A DNA stretch of 63,473 bases, counting the filler, from Corallochytrium limacisporum Hawaii (lineage: Eukaryota; Protista; Pluriformea), in the NCBI GenBank assembly GCA_002811645.1. It is 5 parts of 5 records of this genome, joined end to end, with 100 filler letters (N's around TTAATTAATTAA, not from the genome) between each part and the next. Parts side by side here need not be neighbours in the genome. Positions count along the whole stretch, not along the records: positions 28,263 to 47,979 come from PDIP01000116.1; 4 more parts are not named here. One strand, written 5' to 3'. The position numbers and the translations under genes are program-made. The notes beneath the pieces were generated by a model, which had not been told where the DNA came from, did not search any database, and worked only from the letters and a program-made list of their open reading frames with translations. Each line of letters starts with the position of its first letter. Position 1 is the stretch's first letter. Positions 34,651 to 44,817 of this stretch are shown here, piece after piece.

Positions 34651-36756
34651 ATGCACTTCAACTGGGGGGCGCTTTGGCGTTCCCTAAGACCGTACCATAT
34701 TGCTCATGCTGCCATTGAAGGTCTTTATCAAAGTTTTACTTCATATCGGGGCCTTCTCGAGCTCATCCTTGTGCAGAATAGTCTAATCATGGGTGACGCT
34801 GTAGCACGCGCTTGGTTGCGCTTTTTCCTACCCGATCTGGAATGGATCCGGTACGGTGTGCCTGTCTCATTCGTTCGAGCCATTTTTCTGGTTTGGTTAG
34901 GCAAATCTTCTGTGAAATTATATAAAGTTATGATCGAATCAGACGAGATCGACCGGCGGGAAGAAGAGAGCAAGCAGGGAAATGCCGCCGAGGAGAGCTG
35001 GCTCGATTGGACCCCGCCGGGTGCTGACGATAGTGGTACTTGGATGATTATGAAAGAAATGGCCATGTTTTTACAGAAGACCCACGTATGGAATCCCTTG
35101 GGGGACGAACTGGGTGGCGTGTCCCCGTCCGAGCTGGCCATTTCGCTATACTTTCTGTTCCTCAACAAGCAAGAGGAGAAGTTTGATGCGGGCTACGAGT
35201 CTGACAGGCAGCTGACACAAGAACCGTTGAATTTGGAAGAGTGCCAAACTCTCAACCGGTACATGGGTCTGACGGACCTTGTCTATCTCGAGACTGTCAA
35301 AGAGATCCGCATGGCTCTGCCAGAGACCAGTGTACTGTCTTTCTACACTCCAGCTGCGTGGGGAGAGTTCCTGCCCGCTCACATGCTTATCCTCTGCAAT
35401 CACGAGAAAGACATCTTCAAGAACTACAACAAGCAGGTTCTGAAGAGCTCGAAAAAAAATTTGCGGAAATCCTCCACGGATATGACCACACTGTCGTCAA
35501 CAGACGCCGATGAGGCTATCCTGGTCATCCGTGGCACCAAGGATCTGCAGGATATGATAACCGATCTCACCGGGTCACCGATTCACTTTGACAAATTTGG
35601 GGCCAAGCATCGTGCTCATCGAGGTATTGCCATGGCCTCCATGGCTCTCTACGATCGTCTTGCTCTGGTCCTGTTGGCCATGGAGAAAGCCGGACTCAAA
35701 GTGACCATCACTGGCCACAGCCTGGGTGCCTCGGTGGCCGCCATTTTGACGTGGATGTTGCGCAAGGGATTGGGAATGAAGACGGTGAAAGCGTACTGTT
35801 TTGCCTGTCCCCCGGCAACTGACTGGACCATGGCTGAGGAATGTACCGAGTTTGTCACGTCCGTCATCTACCGCGATGATATTATTCCACGCTTCAAACC
35901 CGCTGCTGTGTTGTCCACCATTCGGGATCTTAAGAGTGTGAATTGGCAGGACAGTTTGCGGCAATCTTTCCCCATGTTCACCAAAATCTACGACAAGATC
36001 ACACAGGAAGGCGCAAAGATGTCGCAGTCCATTTCTGATTCAAACCTTTTGAAAGCGGCCCATTGGTACAATCAGCATCATCCGGACCGCCAAGGCAAGA
36101 AGATGACCCAGGGTGAGCAGACCAAGAAGAATCTGGAGGTGGCTGCAATTGCTGCCATGGTCAAGGCAACGGACCACATGGACAATCGTCCGGCTTCAGA
36201 CACAGATACGAGCACCAAGAGCCACAAGGAAACAGAGGAAGTGGAGAAAAAGGAGGACGACAAAGGCGAGAAAAAGAAGGAGGAGACAATCGAGAAAAAG
36301 GAAGGAAAACAAGCGGATCAAAAGGACGAGCTCGAGCTGACCGATGATCAGAAGAATGAAATTGAGGCCATATTTGATCTGTATGTGCCTGGAAAGATTG
36401 CCTTCATAAACCGACCACATCGTTTCGATGCGCCGGAAATGGGGGACGGAGCCGATGTGCATGATATCGGCCAAGCAGAAATGGAACGGCGACAGAACAT
36501 GCTCAGTGATGAGGAAGATATTGAAGAAGAGAGTCCGATGCTGGATGAGGCCACACAGCGGAAGATCCGTGAGCGTAACGAGCGCAGGAGGGAGGCTGAG
36601 ACGAGCTGGACTCTTTCCTGGGTACCACGCAACGTCGACACTCTCCAACGCATCGAGCTCAGCTCGACACTCGTTTCTGACCATTTCTGCGTTGGTTACA
36701 TTAATGGCATCTACGACGCCATGCAAAACCGAAAAAAGGTTGAAGGAAAAAAGTAG
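34651..36756 (+). CDS. Class-3 lipase (Lipase_3, DAGL-like) with N-terminal hydrophobic segment
   Basis: VIRGT, AHRG, GHSLG nucleophile elbow, FACP, DDIIPR and distal SDHF; start uncertain (ATG 34495 or 34651). Confidence 0.9.
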   Translation: MHFNWGALWRSLRPYHIAHAAIEGLYQSFTSYRGLLELILVQNSLIMGDAVARAWLRFFLPDLEWIRYGVPVSFVRAIFLVWLGKSSVKLYKVMIESDEIDRREEESKQGNAAEESWLDWTPPGADDSGTWMIMKEMAMFLQKTHVWNPLGDELGGVSPSELAISLYFLFLNKQEEKFDAGYESDRQLTQEPLNLEECQTLNRYMGLTDLVYLETVKEIRMALPETSVLSFYTPAAWGEFLPAHMLILCNHEKDIFKNYNKQVLKSSKKNLRKSSTDMTTLSSTDADEAILVIRGTKDLQDMITDLTGSPIHFDKFGAKHRAHRGIAMASMALYDRLALVLLAMEKAGLKVTITGHSLGASVAAILTWMLRKGLGMKTVKAYCFACPPATDWTMAEECTEFVTSVIYRDDIIPRFKPAAVLSTIRDLKSVNWQDSLRQSFPMFTKIYDKITQEGAKMSQSISDSNLLKAAHWYNQHHPDRQGKKMTQGEQTKKNLEVAAIAAMVKATDHMDNRPASDTDTSTKSHKETEEVEKKEDDKGEKKKEETIEKKEGKQADQKDELELTDDQKNEIEAIFDLYVPGKIAFINRPHRFDAPEMGDGADVHDIGQAEMERRQNMLSDEEDIEEESPMLDEATQRKIRERNERRREAETSWTLSWVPRNVDTLQRIELSSTLVSDHFCVGYINGIYDAMQNRKKVEGKK

Positions 36757-36875
36757 ACGGTTGAATAATCAAAGTAGTCCGATGCCGTGCGCAATCATGT
36801 CCATGTTAAACCAAAAGGTAGATCAGAATTGTCGTAAGGTACTAGAACAGTGCTAGTAATATATTCGTCCATTTT

Positions 36876-37931
36876 TCACAGTCTGTACTGCTTGGCCTCT
36901 TTCTTGAGCTTACGCTTGGTCTGGCTCTTCTTCTGGCGCTCGACGTCAAATTTGCCCTTGGCTACCCGACTGCGGTTACGTCCTTGCTCGGCAATTTCCC
37001 GATATTTGCGTTTGTGTTTGGTGCGCAACTCTTCGGCTTGCAGAACCTGGTCAACAAAGCCACGGCCTCGCTGCCTTTTCGGAATGCGATCCGCACTGAA
37101 TCGCTCGTGGGCCGAGTCGACCACGGTGCCCACATGGAAGCGTTCAGGAATGGTCAGTCCGTCGTCCTTCTTAACATGCAGCTTAGGATCTAGGTATGGT
37201 CTTAGTTTAAGGATCTGCAGTTCTTTCTCCATCTCTGGCGTGACCTGCTGCTTGGGCAGTCTATGCCAGGAATCCTTCTGCCTGTGGTCCTTGTTCGGTT
37301 TGCGTTTCTGTTTGCCGTCGTTGAAGCCGCGTTCGAGGCTCTGCTTAAGGCTGGCCTTCTTCATAAGCTCCCGTTCAGCCTTGTCATCCATGATCGCCCC
37401 ACGTTTGAGCTTGGCCATTAGTGCCCGGGGATCACCTGCCTCGGGAACAATTTCGAATTCAAAGTAGCTCTGGTCCTCCAGGATCTTAAGCTCGGTCTCC
37501 AGCAGACCGTCAGGTGCAGTGGTCAGACTACTTGACAACTGGTAAGCTTTCTCATCATCCAGGGAAGGAGTGTCCAGTTTCACACCCGAAAGACCGGCTA
37601 TGTCGTCGTGACTGCCCTCCTGATCATCTTCATTCATGCTATCCTCGTCCTGATTTAGTATTGATTTCGATACCCCTCCAAAGCGCAGAAATTGCAGTGC
37701 TGCACTGACCACCGCAGGATCTTCGGAAGCGACATCATCAGTGGTCTTTGCCTTTCTGCTTTTAGCGGGGGCTTTTGTTCCCCGACTCGTACTCTTCCGC
37801 CCGTTTGTCTTGTTTGCTGTGGACACGTCCACTTCCTCTGCCACTGCGTCCAGCGCAGGCAGCTTCGGATTCGTACCCGACACACTCGTCTCACTGGCCA
37901 TACTGTCGGCTGTTTGCCGTCGGGTGCGCAT
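36876..37931 (-). CDS. FCF2: Fcf2/DNTTIP2 pre-rRNA processing protein
   Basis: W..LP, ELQILKLR..LDPK..KK, P..F.VGTVVD, RIPKRQR...VD.VL motifs of the Fcf2 domain. Confidence 0.88.
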   Translation of the reverse strand: MRTRRQTADSMASETSVSGTNPKLPALDAVAEEVDVSTANKTNGRKSTSRGTKAPAKSRKAKTTDDVASEDPAVVSAALQFLRFGGVSKSILNQDEDSMNEDDQEGSHDDIAGLSGVKLDTPSLDDEKAYQLSSSLTTAPDGLLETELKILEDQSYFEFEIVPEAGDPRALMAKLKRGAIMDDKAERELMKKASLKQSLERGFNDGKQKRKPNKDHRQKDSWHRLPKQQVTPEMEKELQILKLRPYLDPKLHVKKDDGLTIPERFHVGTVVDSAHERFSADRIPKRQRGRGFVDQVLQAEELRTKHKRKYREIAEQGRNRSRVAKGKFDVERQKKSQTKRKLKKEAKQYRL

Positions 37932-38299
37932 GGTGTGTAGACCTATCTATATGATGTATTCTATGAGTAAAATATTTCGTCTTTTGGATCCCATAACGCA
38001 CATGGGAAGTGCTTGCCAAACCTTCTCTTTCAAAGCCCGTTGTCTTCGCCGATCAAGTCTACCATCCCCGTGTCTGTTCTGATACCACTGCACATCAGTC
38101 TTCATTGAAATTTCATTGCAACATCTAGTACCTCCTCGCATTTGATCATCAACATTATATGAGGAAAAATTGAGCAACTGTTCTCTGCTTTGCTCAAAAC
38201 CCGAAAGTTCCACGCGCCACCCGCAGCAGGTTTGGCCGCCCAACCTACCGCTCGCGGCACACAACCCCTCACAAGAGACCCGCGTGTTTGAGCGAATGG

Positions 38300-38640
38300 G
38301 GACCGGCAGTGGCACCTCCCCTCCTCGCTTTCAACAAAGGGGGCCGGGGGCCTATTTTTGGGAGTCCAAGCGAATAGGCTTTTGGCGGGTCTTTCGGCAC
38401 CGCCGCCCCCCTTTCCTCCTCCACAGTCCCCCCTCCCCGCTTTGGCTTTTCTCGGTGTGGCGCGATGTGATAATTCCCCCCTCCCCCTGCCCCTTTGGGG
38501 GGGGGGGGGGGCCCTTTCGGCCCTGGGGGGGGGGGGGGGGGGAATTCTTTCCCCCCCCCCGGGGCGCCTTCGGCCCTGAGGGAGGGGAGGTGGTGAATCT
38601 CTTGCCCCCCCCAGCTTTGTTCCCAAATCCCTCGAAACGG
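38300..38640. promoter_or_regulatory. G/C-tract island in the Fcf2/ARFRP1 divergent promoter
   Basis: Alternating long C and G homopolymers centred between divergent ATGs. Confidence 0.5.
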
Positions 38641-38944
38641 GAAAACACCGCGAGTTTGTATGCCGGTGCAGCTTGACATGGGCACAGATATGGACACACT
38701 CTCTACTCGTCCTGCCAGTCATGGTTCGTTGGTATGGTTTGCTTATTTAAGGGGCAGCACAGTAGCATGCTTTGGTTTGGGTGAATTTGCGGGTATGAAC
38801 GGTGTGAAATTTCGGGTTTAATTTCGGTAGAGACGGGTGCAGTAATCGGGAGAGACCAAAACCCAGCGATGAATTTGACGTAGGTAGCCCCCGTACGGTT
38901 GCCTTTGATCCTATACAATAGAGCCACTGACAGACCCACATACC

Positions 38945-39547
38945 ATGTACTCGTTGTTCAAGGGGATATTTAAGCTCCTCTTCCACAAAGATGAGTACTG
39001 TGTGCTCATCTTGGGTTTGGACAACGCGGGCAAGACAACCCTGGTCGAGAAAGTCAAGTCATACTACATACAGAATTACAAGGAGCTCAGCGCAGGCGCA
39101 ATTGCTCCTACAATCGGTCTCAATGTGGCCAAGTGTGAGACTCAAGGCGTGAAATTGATATTCTGGGATCTCGGAGGGCAAAAGGAGCTGCACACAATCT
39201 GGGACAAATACTACCAAGAAGCCCATGGTTTAATCTACGTGGTGGACTCGGCGGATCGAAAGCGCATACCAGAATCGTGGGATATATTTAGCACAGTGAT
39301 CACAAGTCAGGCACTGGCTAAGGCACCCATTCTTGTCCTTGCGAACAAGCAGGATCTCGACAATGCCATGGATGTGGCAGAGATGGTTACTGTCTTTGAG
39401 ATTGACCAGCAGGACCTGGGAGATCGCCACTGGAAACTAGTGCCGTCAAGTGCGACCAGCGGTGACGGGGTTAAGAGCGCGGTGGATTGGATGGTAACCA
39501 TGATCAAACGGAACCGGGACAATAGACCACCCAAGCAAGACACGTAA
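38945..39547 (+). CDS. ARFRP1: ADP-ribosylation factor-related protein 1
   Basis: MY-type N-terminus (no Gly2), KDEYCVLILGLDNAGKTT, FWDLGGQ, ANKQD. Confidence 0.95.
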   Translation: MYSLFKGIFKLLFHKDEYCVLILGLDNAGKTTLVEKVKSYYIQNYKELSAGAIAPTIGLNVAKCETQGVKLIFWDLGGQKELHTIWDKYYQEAHGLIYVVDSADRKRIPESWDIFSTVITSQALAKAPILVLANKQDLDNAMDVAEMVTVFEIDQQDLGDRHWKLVPSSATSGDGVKSAVDWMVTMIKRNRDNRPPKQDT

Positions 39548-39697
39548 CAAGAAACAATCCTTTCAGGTATAAACAAACTAGGAAAACGATGTTGTAATGA
39601 TGAAAATGTTCACATAGAAGTATGGACAAACGCTGAAAATGGATGATTTTGATTTCTTCATACAGTACGAAAGTGAAGTTGCAGCCACAATTCTTAG

Positions 39698-41899
39698 TTA
39701 ATGACGGTACTGAATGGGACAGCCTCTGGGGGGGCAAAGCTCCCGGCAGCAGCGTTCACCGCAAGTGCGCTTCAGAGTCCAGACCAAGCTGGTGCTGCCG
39801 TTGTTCTGGCCAGCTGCGGTGTTCTGCTGGTTACGCACGGGACTTGGCGTCGGAGACAGAGTACGGGCATTGTCATCCGCGTCCAGCAAATCCTCGTCAT
39901 CCTCGTACCAGCCTGCGTTCAGACCAAACGCAAAACCTAGGCCACTACTGCTGCTGCTGCGCAGGGAATCCCGGCGGGTGCCACTGCTGCCGATACTGGC
40001 ACGAGTATTCGCGGCGGCGGGCTTCTGCTTCACAACGCAGACCAGCTCGTTGTTGTAGTAGTGGCTATTGCACACGTCACACAGACGGGACCCGCGCATG
40101 CGGGATTTGATCTCGCGGACAGAGTACGGAACCTCCAGCTCCTCTGTAGGCAGCTTGTTGCGGCAGTGCCGGGCACAGAGCTCGAACAGAGTCGGCACGC
40201 GGCCTTCTCCGTTGGGGCTGTAGTGCTGCGGGCGGATGTAGTCTCTACCATTCGCAACGGTGTCCAAGGCACGGCGGTAGGCGGCACCGGCAGCAGTGTC
40301 GCTGTAGGTCGAAGCCGCCTGGGTTATGCTGATCAGCACGCTGCCGCCCTGGCTCAGCAGATCCAAGCGAGCCTGCTCCACAGTGACAAATTTCTCCATT
40401 AGTGCGGAGGCGAAGACATGGATCTCAGTGTTGAGAGGATGGCTCTGGATGGCGCGCACGGCGACGTCCATCGCACCAATGCGAATCACATAGCTCAGAG
40501 CAGCACGATGGAAACTCAGGTTACGAAAAACACCCAAACCGTAGTTCTGGATCAGAGGATCGCTGCGGTGGTTAATCAAACACTCGCGAACAGCCTCGAG
40601 ACATTCGAGCTGGAGCATATCATCGACGCAGGGGTCGCAACATGCCAAGTTCTGCAAAGTACCACAGGCCCACTTCTGCAGTTCCGCATCGTCAGGGAAC
40701 TTTTGCATGGCCTGGGTGATCAGGGGAATACCGCGCTCCTCCTTCATAATTTCTCGGTTCTCTGGCACGAACCATGTTAGGTTCTGCAGTGCCATGCACG
40801 CCGCGGCCAGCACGCCGGCATTGTCGGCATGCTTGGACATTGCAGTCAGCACAAGGGACATGCCGCCAAAGTTGGTGACACTCCGCTGGTTTTCCATGTG
40901 ATTGAAGGTCAGGCTGCGGAAGATCATGCAGCAATACTTTTGCAAGCCGGCGTACGTCGGGTAGGCTCGCATAGCTGCGACCGTGGACTGTATGGCACCG
41001 GCATTTGTAGCGGCTTCAATGTTCTGCACCTCACCCTTGGTTACATAACGGAGGGTGGCAAAGCAGTACTCGAGTACCTCCGGTTCAGGAGCATACTTGC
41101 GGATAAGTTCGACCATGAGGTCTATGCCACGGTTGCGGCCGAATTCTTTGCGAGCGCTCATTTCGGCGTTGCCATCACCAGCGGTCATGTCAACCAGTTG
41201 CTGCAGTTTGTCCAGCAAGACACCATGGTCATCGCCCAGGACTTCGCTAGTTTCGTCCTGGTCACGAATATACCGTTCAATTTCCTTGAGGACACTGCAT
41301 ATCATCACAGAACTCTGGAAATGAACACCGCTGGAGGTGCGGCCAGAAGAATAGCCTCTGATCTCTCCAATGGGCTCCAGATCCCGGCGATTGGCAGCAA
41401 CTTCTTCGATGCCGACACCATTAACGCTGACGTTGCGGTGACGCCGTCCAATGATTGCACTGCTACTGTGACCCAAAGGCCTTCCGTGGTTATGGTCCGC
41501 CCGATTGCGAAAGCCTGTTCGCTCACCATAGCTTGTGGTTGTACTATGCTGGCGTCGCAATTCGGTTCCCGACACCTCAGTGCCCGACGACTGTCGCGTA
41601 ACTAGGGTTGAGTTTTCGTCTGTCAGCATGGGGTCTGCATCGTCCATATCAAAGGGGTCTTCTGGCAAGAACCATCCTAAGTAACTTAGCCCAGCACTGT
41701 AGCGACTCCTTGGCTGGCGAGGCGAAGTTTCGTCTTCGTCTTCTAGAACCATGCGATTGCCCATTGGAGCCGCTGTGTCGTCGTCAGATTCCAAACTATC
41801 GCGGTGAGACATAACTCCCGTGTGACTATGACGCCTGTTCATATCAACTTCCGGAGGCACCCGGTAGAGCCCTAAGGCACTGAGAAGGCTTTCAATCAT
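39698..41899 (-). CDS. Armadillo-repeat protein with C-terminal BC-box-like and Cys-rich region
   Basis: ~42-aa repeats with AC.ALQNL / CGTLQNL / GVFRNL helices; C-terminal VPTLFELCAR...CDVC...CGERCC. Confidence 0.85.
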   Translation of the reverse strand: MIESLLSALGLYRVPPEVDMNRRHSHTGVMSHRDSLESDDDTAAPMGNRMVLEDEDETSPRQPRSRYSAGLSYLGWFLPEDPFDMDDADPMLTDENSTLVTRQSSGTEVSGTELRRQHSTTTSYGERTGFRNRADHNHGRPLGHSSSAIIGRRHRNVSVNGVGIEEVAANRRDLEPIGEIRGYSSGRTSSGVHFQSSVMICSVLKEIERYIRDQDETSEVLGDDHGVLLDKLQQLVDMTAGDGNAEMSARKEFGRNRGIDLMVELIRKYAPEPEVLEYCFATLRYVTKGEVQNIEAATNAGAIQSTVAAMRAYPTYAGLQKYCCMIFRSLTFNHMENQRSVTNFGGMSLVLTAMSKHADNAGVLAAACMALQNLTWFVPENREIMKEERGIPLITQAMQKFPDDAELQKWACGTLQNLACCDPCVDDMLQLECLEAVRECLINHRSDPLIQNYGLGVFRNLSFHRAALSYVIRIGAMDVAVRAIQSHPLNTEIHVFASALMEKFVTVEQARLDLLSQGGSVLISITQAASTYSDTAAGAAYRRALDTVANGRDYIRPQHYSPNGEGRVPTLFELCARHCRNKLPTEELEVPYSVREIKSRMRGSRLCDVCNSHYYNNELVCVVKQKPAAANTRASIGSSGTRRDSLRSSSSSGLGFAFGLNAGWYEDDEDLLDADDNARTLSPTPSPVRNQQNTAAGQNNGSTSLVWTLKRTCGERCCRELCPPRGCPIQYRH

Positions 41900-44785
41900 G
41901 CTCGTAGCCTACTCTTGACAATATACAATTTGTTGAGAAAAGATTGAACAATCCTATTCCTTTTTCTTGAACCGTGACCTAATATCTTTCTAGTCAGCCA
42001 TGTCGTAATAATATACTCGCTTCCCAAGCCTAGTTTTCCCTTAATATGCTACAGCTCATAGGCGTCGCTGGTTTATAAAACATTGGGTACAACAAAAGAT
42101 CATTTATGATATATTATATATGCCCATAGAATTCCAAATACCTTAATAATGCTTTGATTCATATAATTATGAAGCGCCACATTATAATTGTACAAGAAAG
42201 TTCCGTTATCACATTCCCTGGTTGCGGTGTCTTGTTGTTAATGTCCATTAGAAGCCAAAGCACCCCTAAAAGTCACAAATTCTTTACACGTGCATCAAAG
42301 CTGTGTTTTCTGTAATACACATCTTCTTGTCTGCATTCTCAGCGTGGTGAATGTGCGCAGTTGGACTCGCACTTTCGGCTACCCAGTGCTGCGGCTGTCA
42401 GCGGACGCTCGTCTGCAATCTCCACACGTAGTGCCCAGAGCTGCGCAGCCATGGGGAATGGGTACACCACCCACCCCAGAAATCCTTTCCACCCCATTCT
42501 GCTGATAACAGCCCGTACATTTACTATTAAATCTGTCCCTCTCCAAAACCACCGGCACTGATACAGCACCCTCTCCCCGGTCGCAGAGATAGGGTAATTT
42601 GAAACGAACCGATGGCTTTGGTGTGTGTCTCCCTCCCCTCCGGGCCCCGGGGAGGGGCTCTCGGTCCCTGTTCCCTCACACTTTCAAGCCTCTCCCCTCC
42701 CCCCTCTGCTCTCCTCCTCCTCTCTCCCCCGCCCCCCTGCCCCACAAAAAAAAAAGGAAAAATGAAACACACACACTCTCTCCCACTCTTCTGTCCCGGA
42801 ACACCCAACTTGCAACACTCCTCCCCTCCGCTCCGGGGGGGAGGGGCCCCACTTTTCAAGCTGGCTGCATTTTCGGTCCAGGACCCTCGAACAGGGACAA
42901 GTCCGTCCTCCTTCCCCCCTTCCTCCGAGTCTCATTTTCCCTTTCCTGTTTTTTTTTGTCTATTTCCTTCTCTCTTGTCTTTGGGGCGTCTCTCTAAACT
43001 CTTTGTCTTCACTCACTACTGACTTCGTATGTAGTTGTGTCACACTTTCCGGGTATTTTTTTCATTTCCTTCTTCGGGAGAGTTGAGGGCAAGGAGAACA
43101 GGCCGGGAGGGAAGGGGGGGGGAAGGGAACAGGGCGAAGCCAGTGGAGCCAACCACACGGCCGCTAAAGCTTGTGATTTATGAGCGAGAGGTAAGACGAG
43201 AAGAAAATAATGAGAACAAAAATCACCAAAACGAGGAGTGATTTCAATGGCTTTGCGGAAGGAGGAGGAGAGGGGGGGGGGAGAGAGAGGAATCGGGTGA
43301 TGTGGCGAAGGGCCGCACCAGCGAAACGGAAGAAGGCGGGAGGAAGATGAGAAGCAAAAAGACCCGCTCAATCACTCCTTACCGACACCTCCACCAACAA
43401 ATTGGAATCGGACACGTTGGAGATTCATATATTAAATGTACTGAATATGCAATCAGGCATCCAGGTAACAGAACCTAAAAAAGTATGCAGCGGCGAGGGC
43501 CGTTCGGACTTCTTGCCGCAGGGCACACGAGCCAAGAAAACAGAAATGGCCGGCAGAGTATAAGGAACCATCATCACCGGAGACCTCACCGACTTTTCTT
43601 CCACACCCTCCAAACTGCTCGGACTGTCAGTACGTTCAACACCGAACTTCCCGGAGGTGAAGCTGTGGGTTTGTGGTCATCTCCGTCGCGCGCAAAATTT
43701 CTGCTCGCCTTCCTTCCCCCCCCCCCCCTTTTTTTTTTCGTTTTCGTTCTCTGTCGCTCTCTCCCACTCTTTGGCCAACTTCCCGTCAATCGCTGTAGAT
43801 TCACTATGACCGGATGACCCAGTTCGACGACTTTTTAAACCGCCCATGTGGTGCAGGGTGACGATGCATCCCCGCCACTTCCCTTTCGGTCAGTTGTGCG
43901 TAGGCTTCGATGGATGATAGAGATAGAGCAGCAGGAGCACCAAAGAATTTTTCTGAGGGCTAGGGTGGGGACAGAGAAGGGCCAAAAAAAAAGAAAACCC
44001 ACATGGACGACGAAACGAGGATGGAAAAGCGGGGAGAGGAGGAAAGGGGAAGGAAAGGTTTCGTCAAGTGGGCCAGAGTAAGCGGCTGAAGGCCCATTGT
44101 GGGAGTATAGGGGGGCCATGGAGAGAGAGCGAGAGATAGATTAACACAACGATCACAGAGAGAGCGAGAGAGGGAGGGAGGAAAGCCGGGGACCTGATCC
44201 TCCAAAAGGGGGAAGCAGAAGGGGCCAGGGAGGGAGGGGAGGGCCGGGAGACCCGGCTACGGTCCTGTCGCATATATTCACTACTGATTGAAGCGGCAGA
44301 CAACAACAATTTTGTGACACATGAGAGGGAAACAGAGGGCGGAGAGAGAGAGAGAGAGAGCGAGACAAGTGCAAGAGTTGGGCGCGCCGGGACTACCTCC
44401 ACACCCCTCAATGAGAAGAGTGAGGAAAATTTTTATAGGTTCTACATACCTAGGCATTGGAGTTGCAGGTAATGGTGAAATCGTATGGAATAGAGAGACC
44501 TCTCCAAGGAACACATTGCCGGGCAGCCCCCCTTGCTTCCCAGGGCATCACCCACCCGATGGCACTCTTGGGGGTTGCCGCCAGACCAACAACAAACTGA
44601 TCGCAATTCCGCCGCCCCTTCCCCATCGCCCCTCCCCACAAAACCCGAAACAACTGAGGCGGAAAAAAATTCACGTGCTTTTCTCCTTTTTCTTTCATGT
44701 CGGCACTTTTTTTTAAATACCCTCCCCCTCTCTATTTTTTTTCTTATAGAGAAAAACCACACATGCAAACAATACTACCTGCCGC

Positions 44786-44817
44786 CTGGCTGGCTGGCGA
44801 GCTGGCTGGCTGGCTGG
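44786..44817. repeat. Imperfect (GGCT)n tetranucleotide repeat
   Basis: ctggctggctggcgagctggctggctggctgg. Confidence 0.8.
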
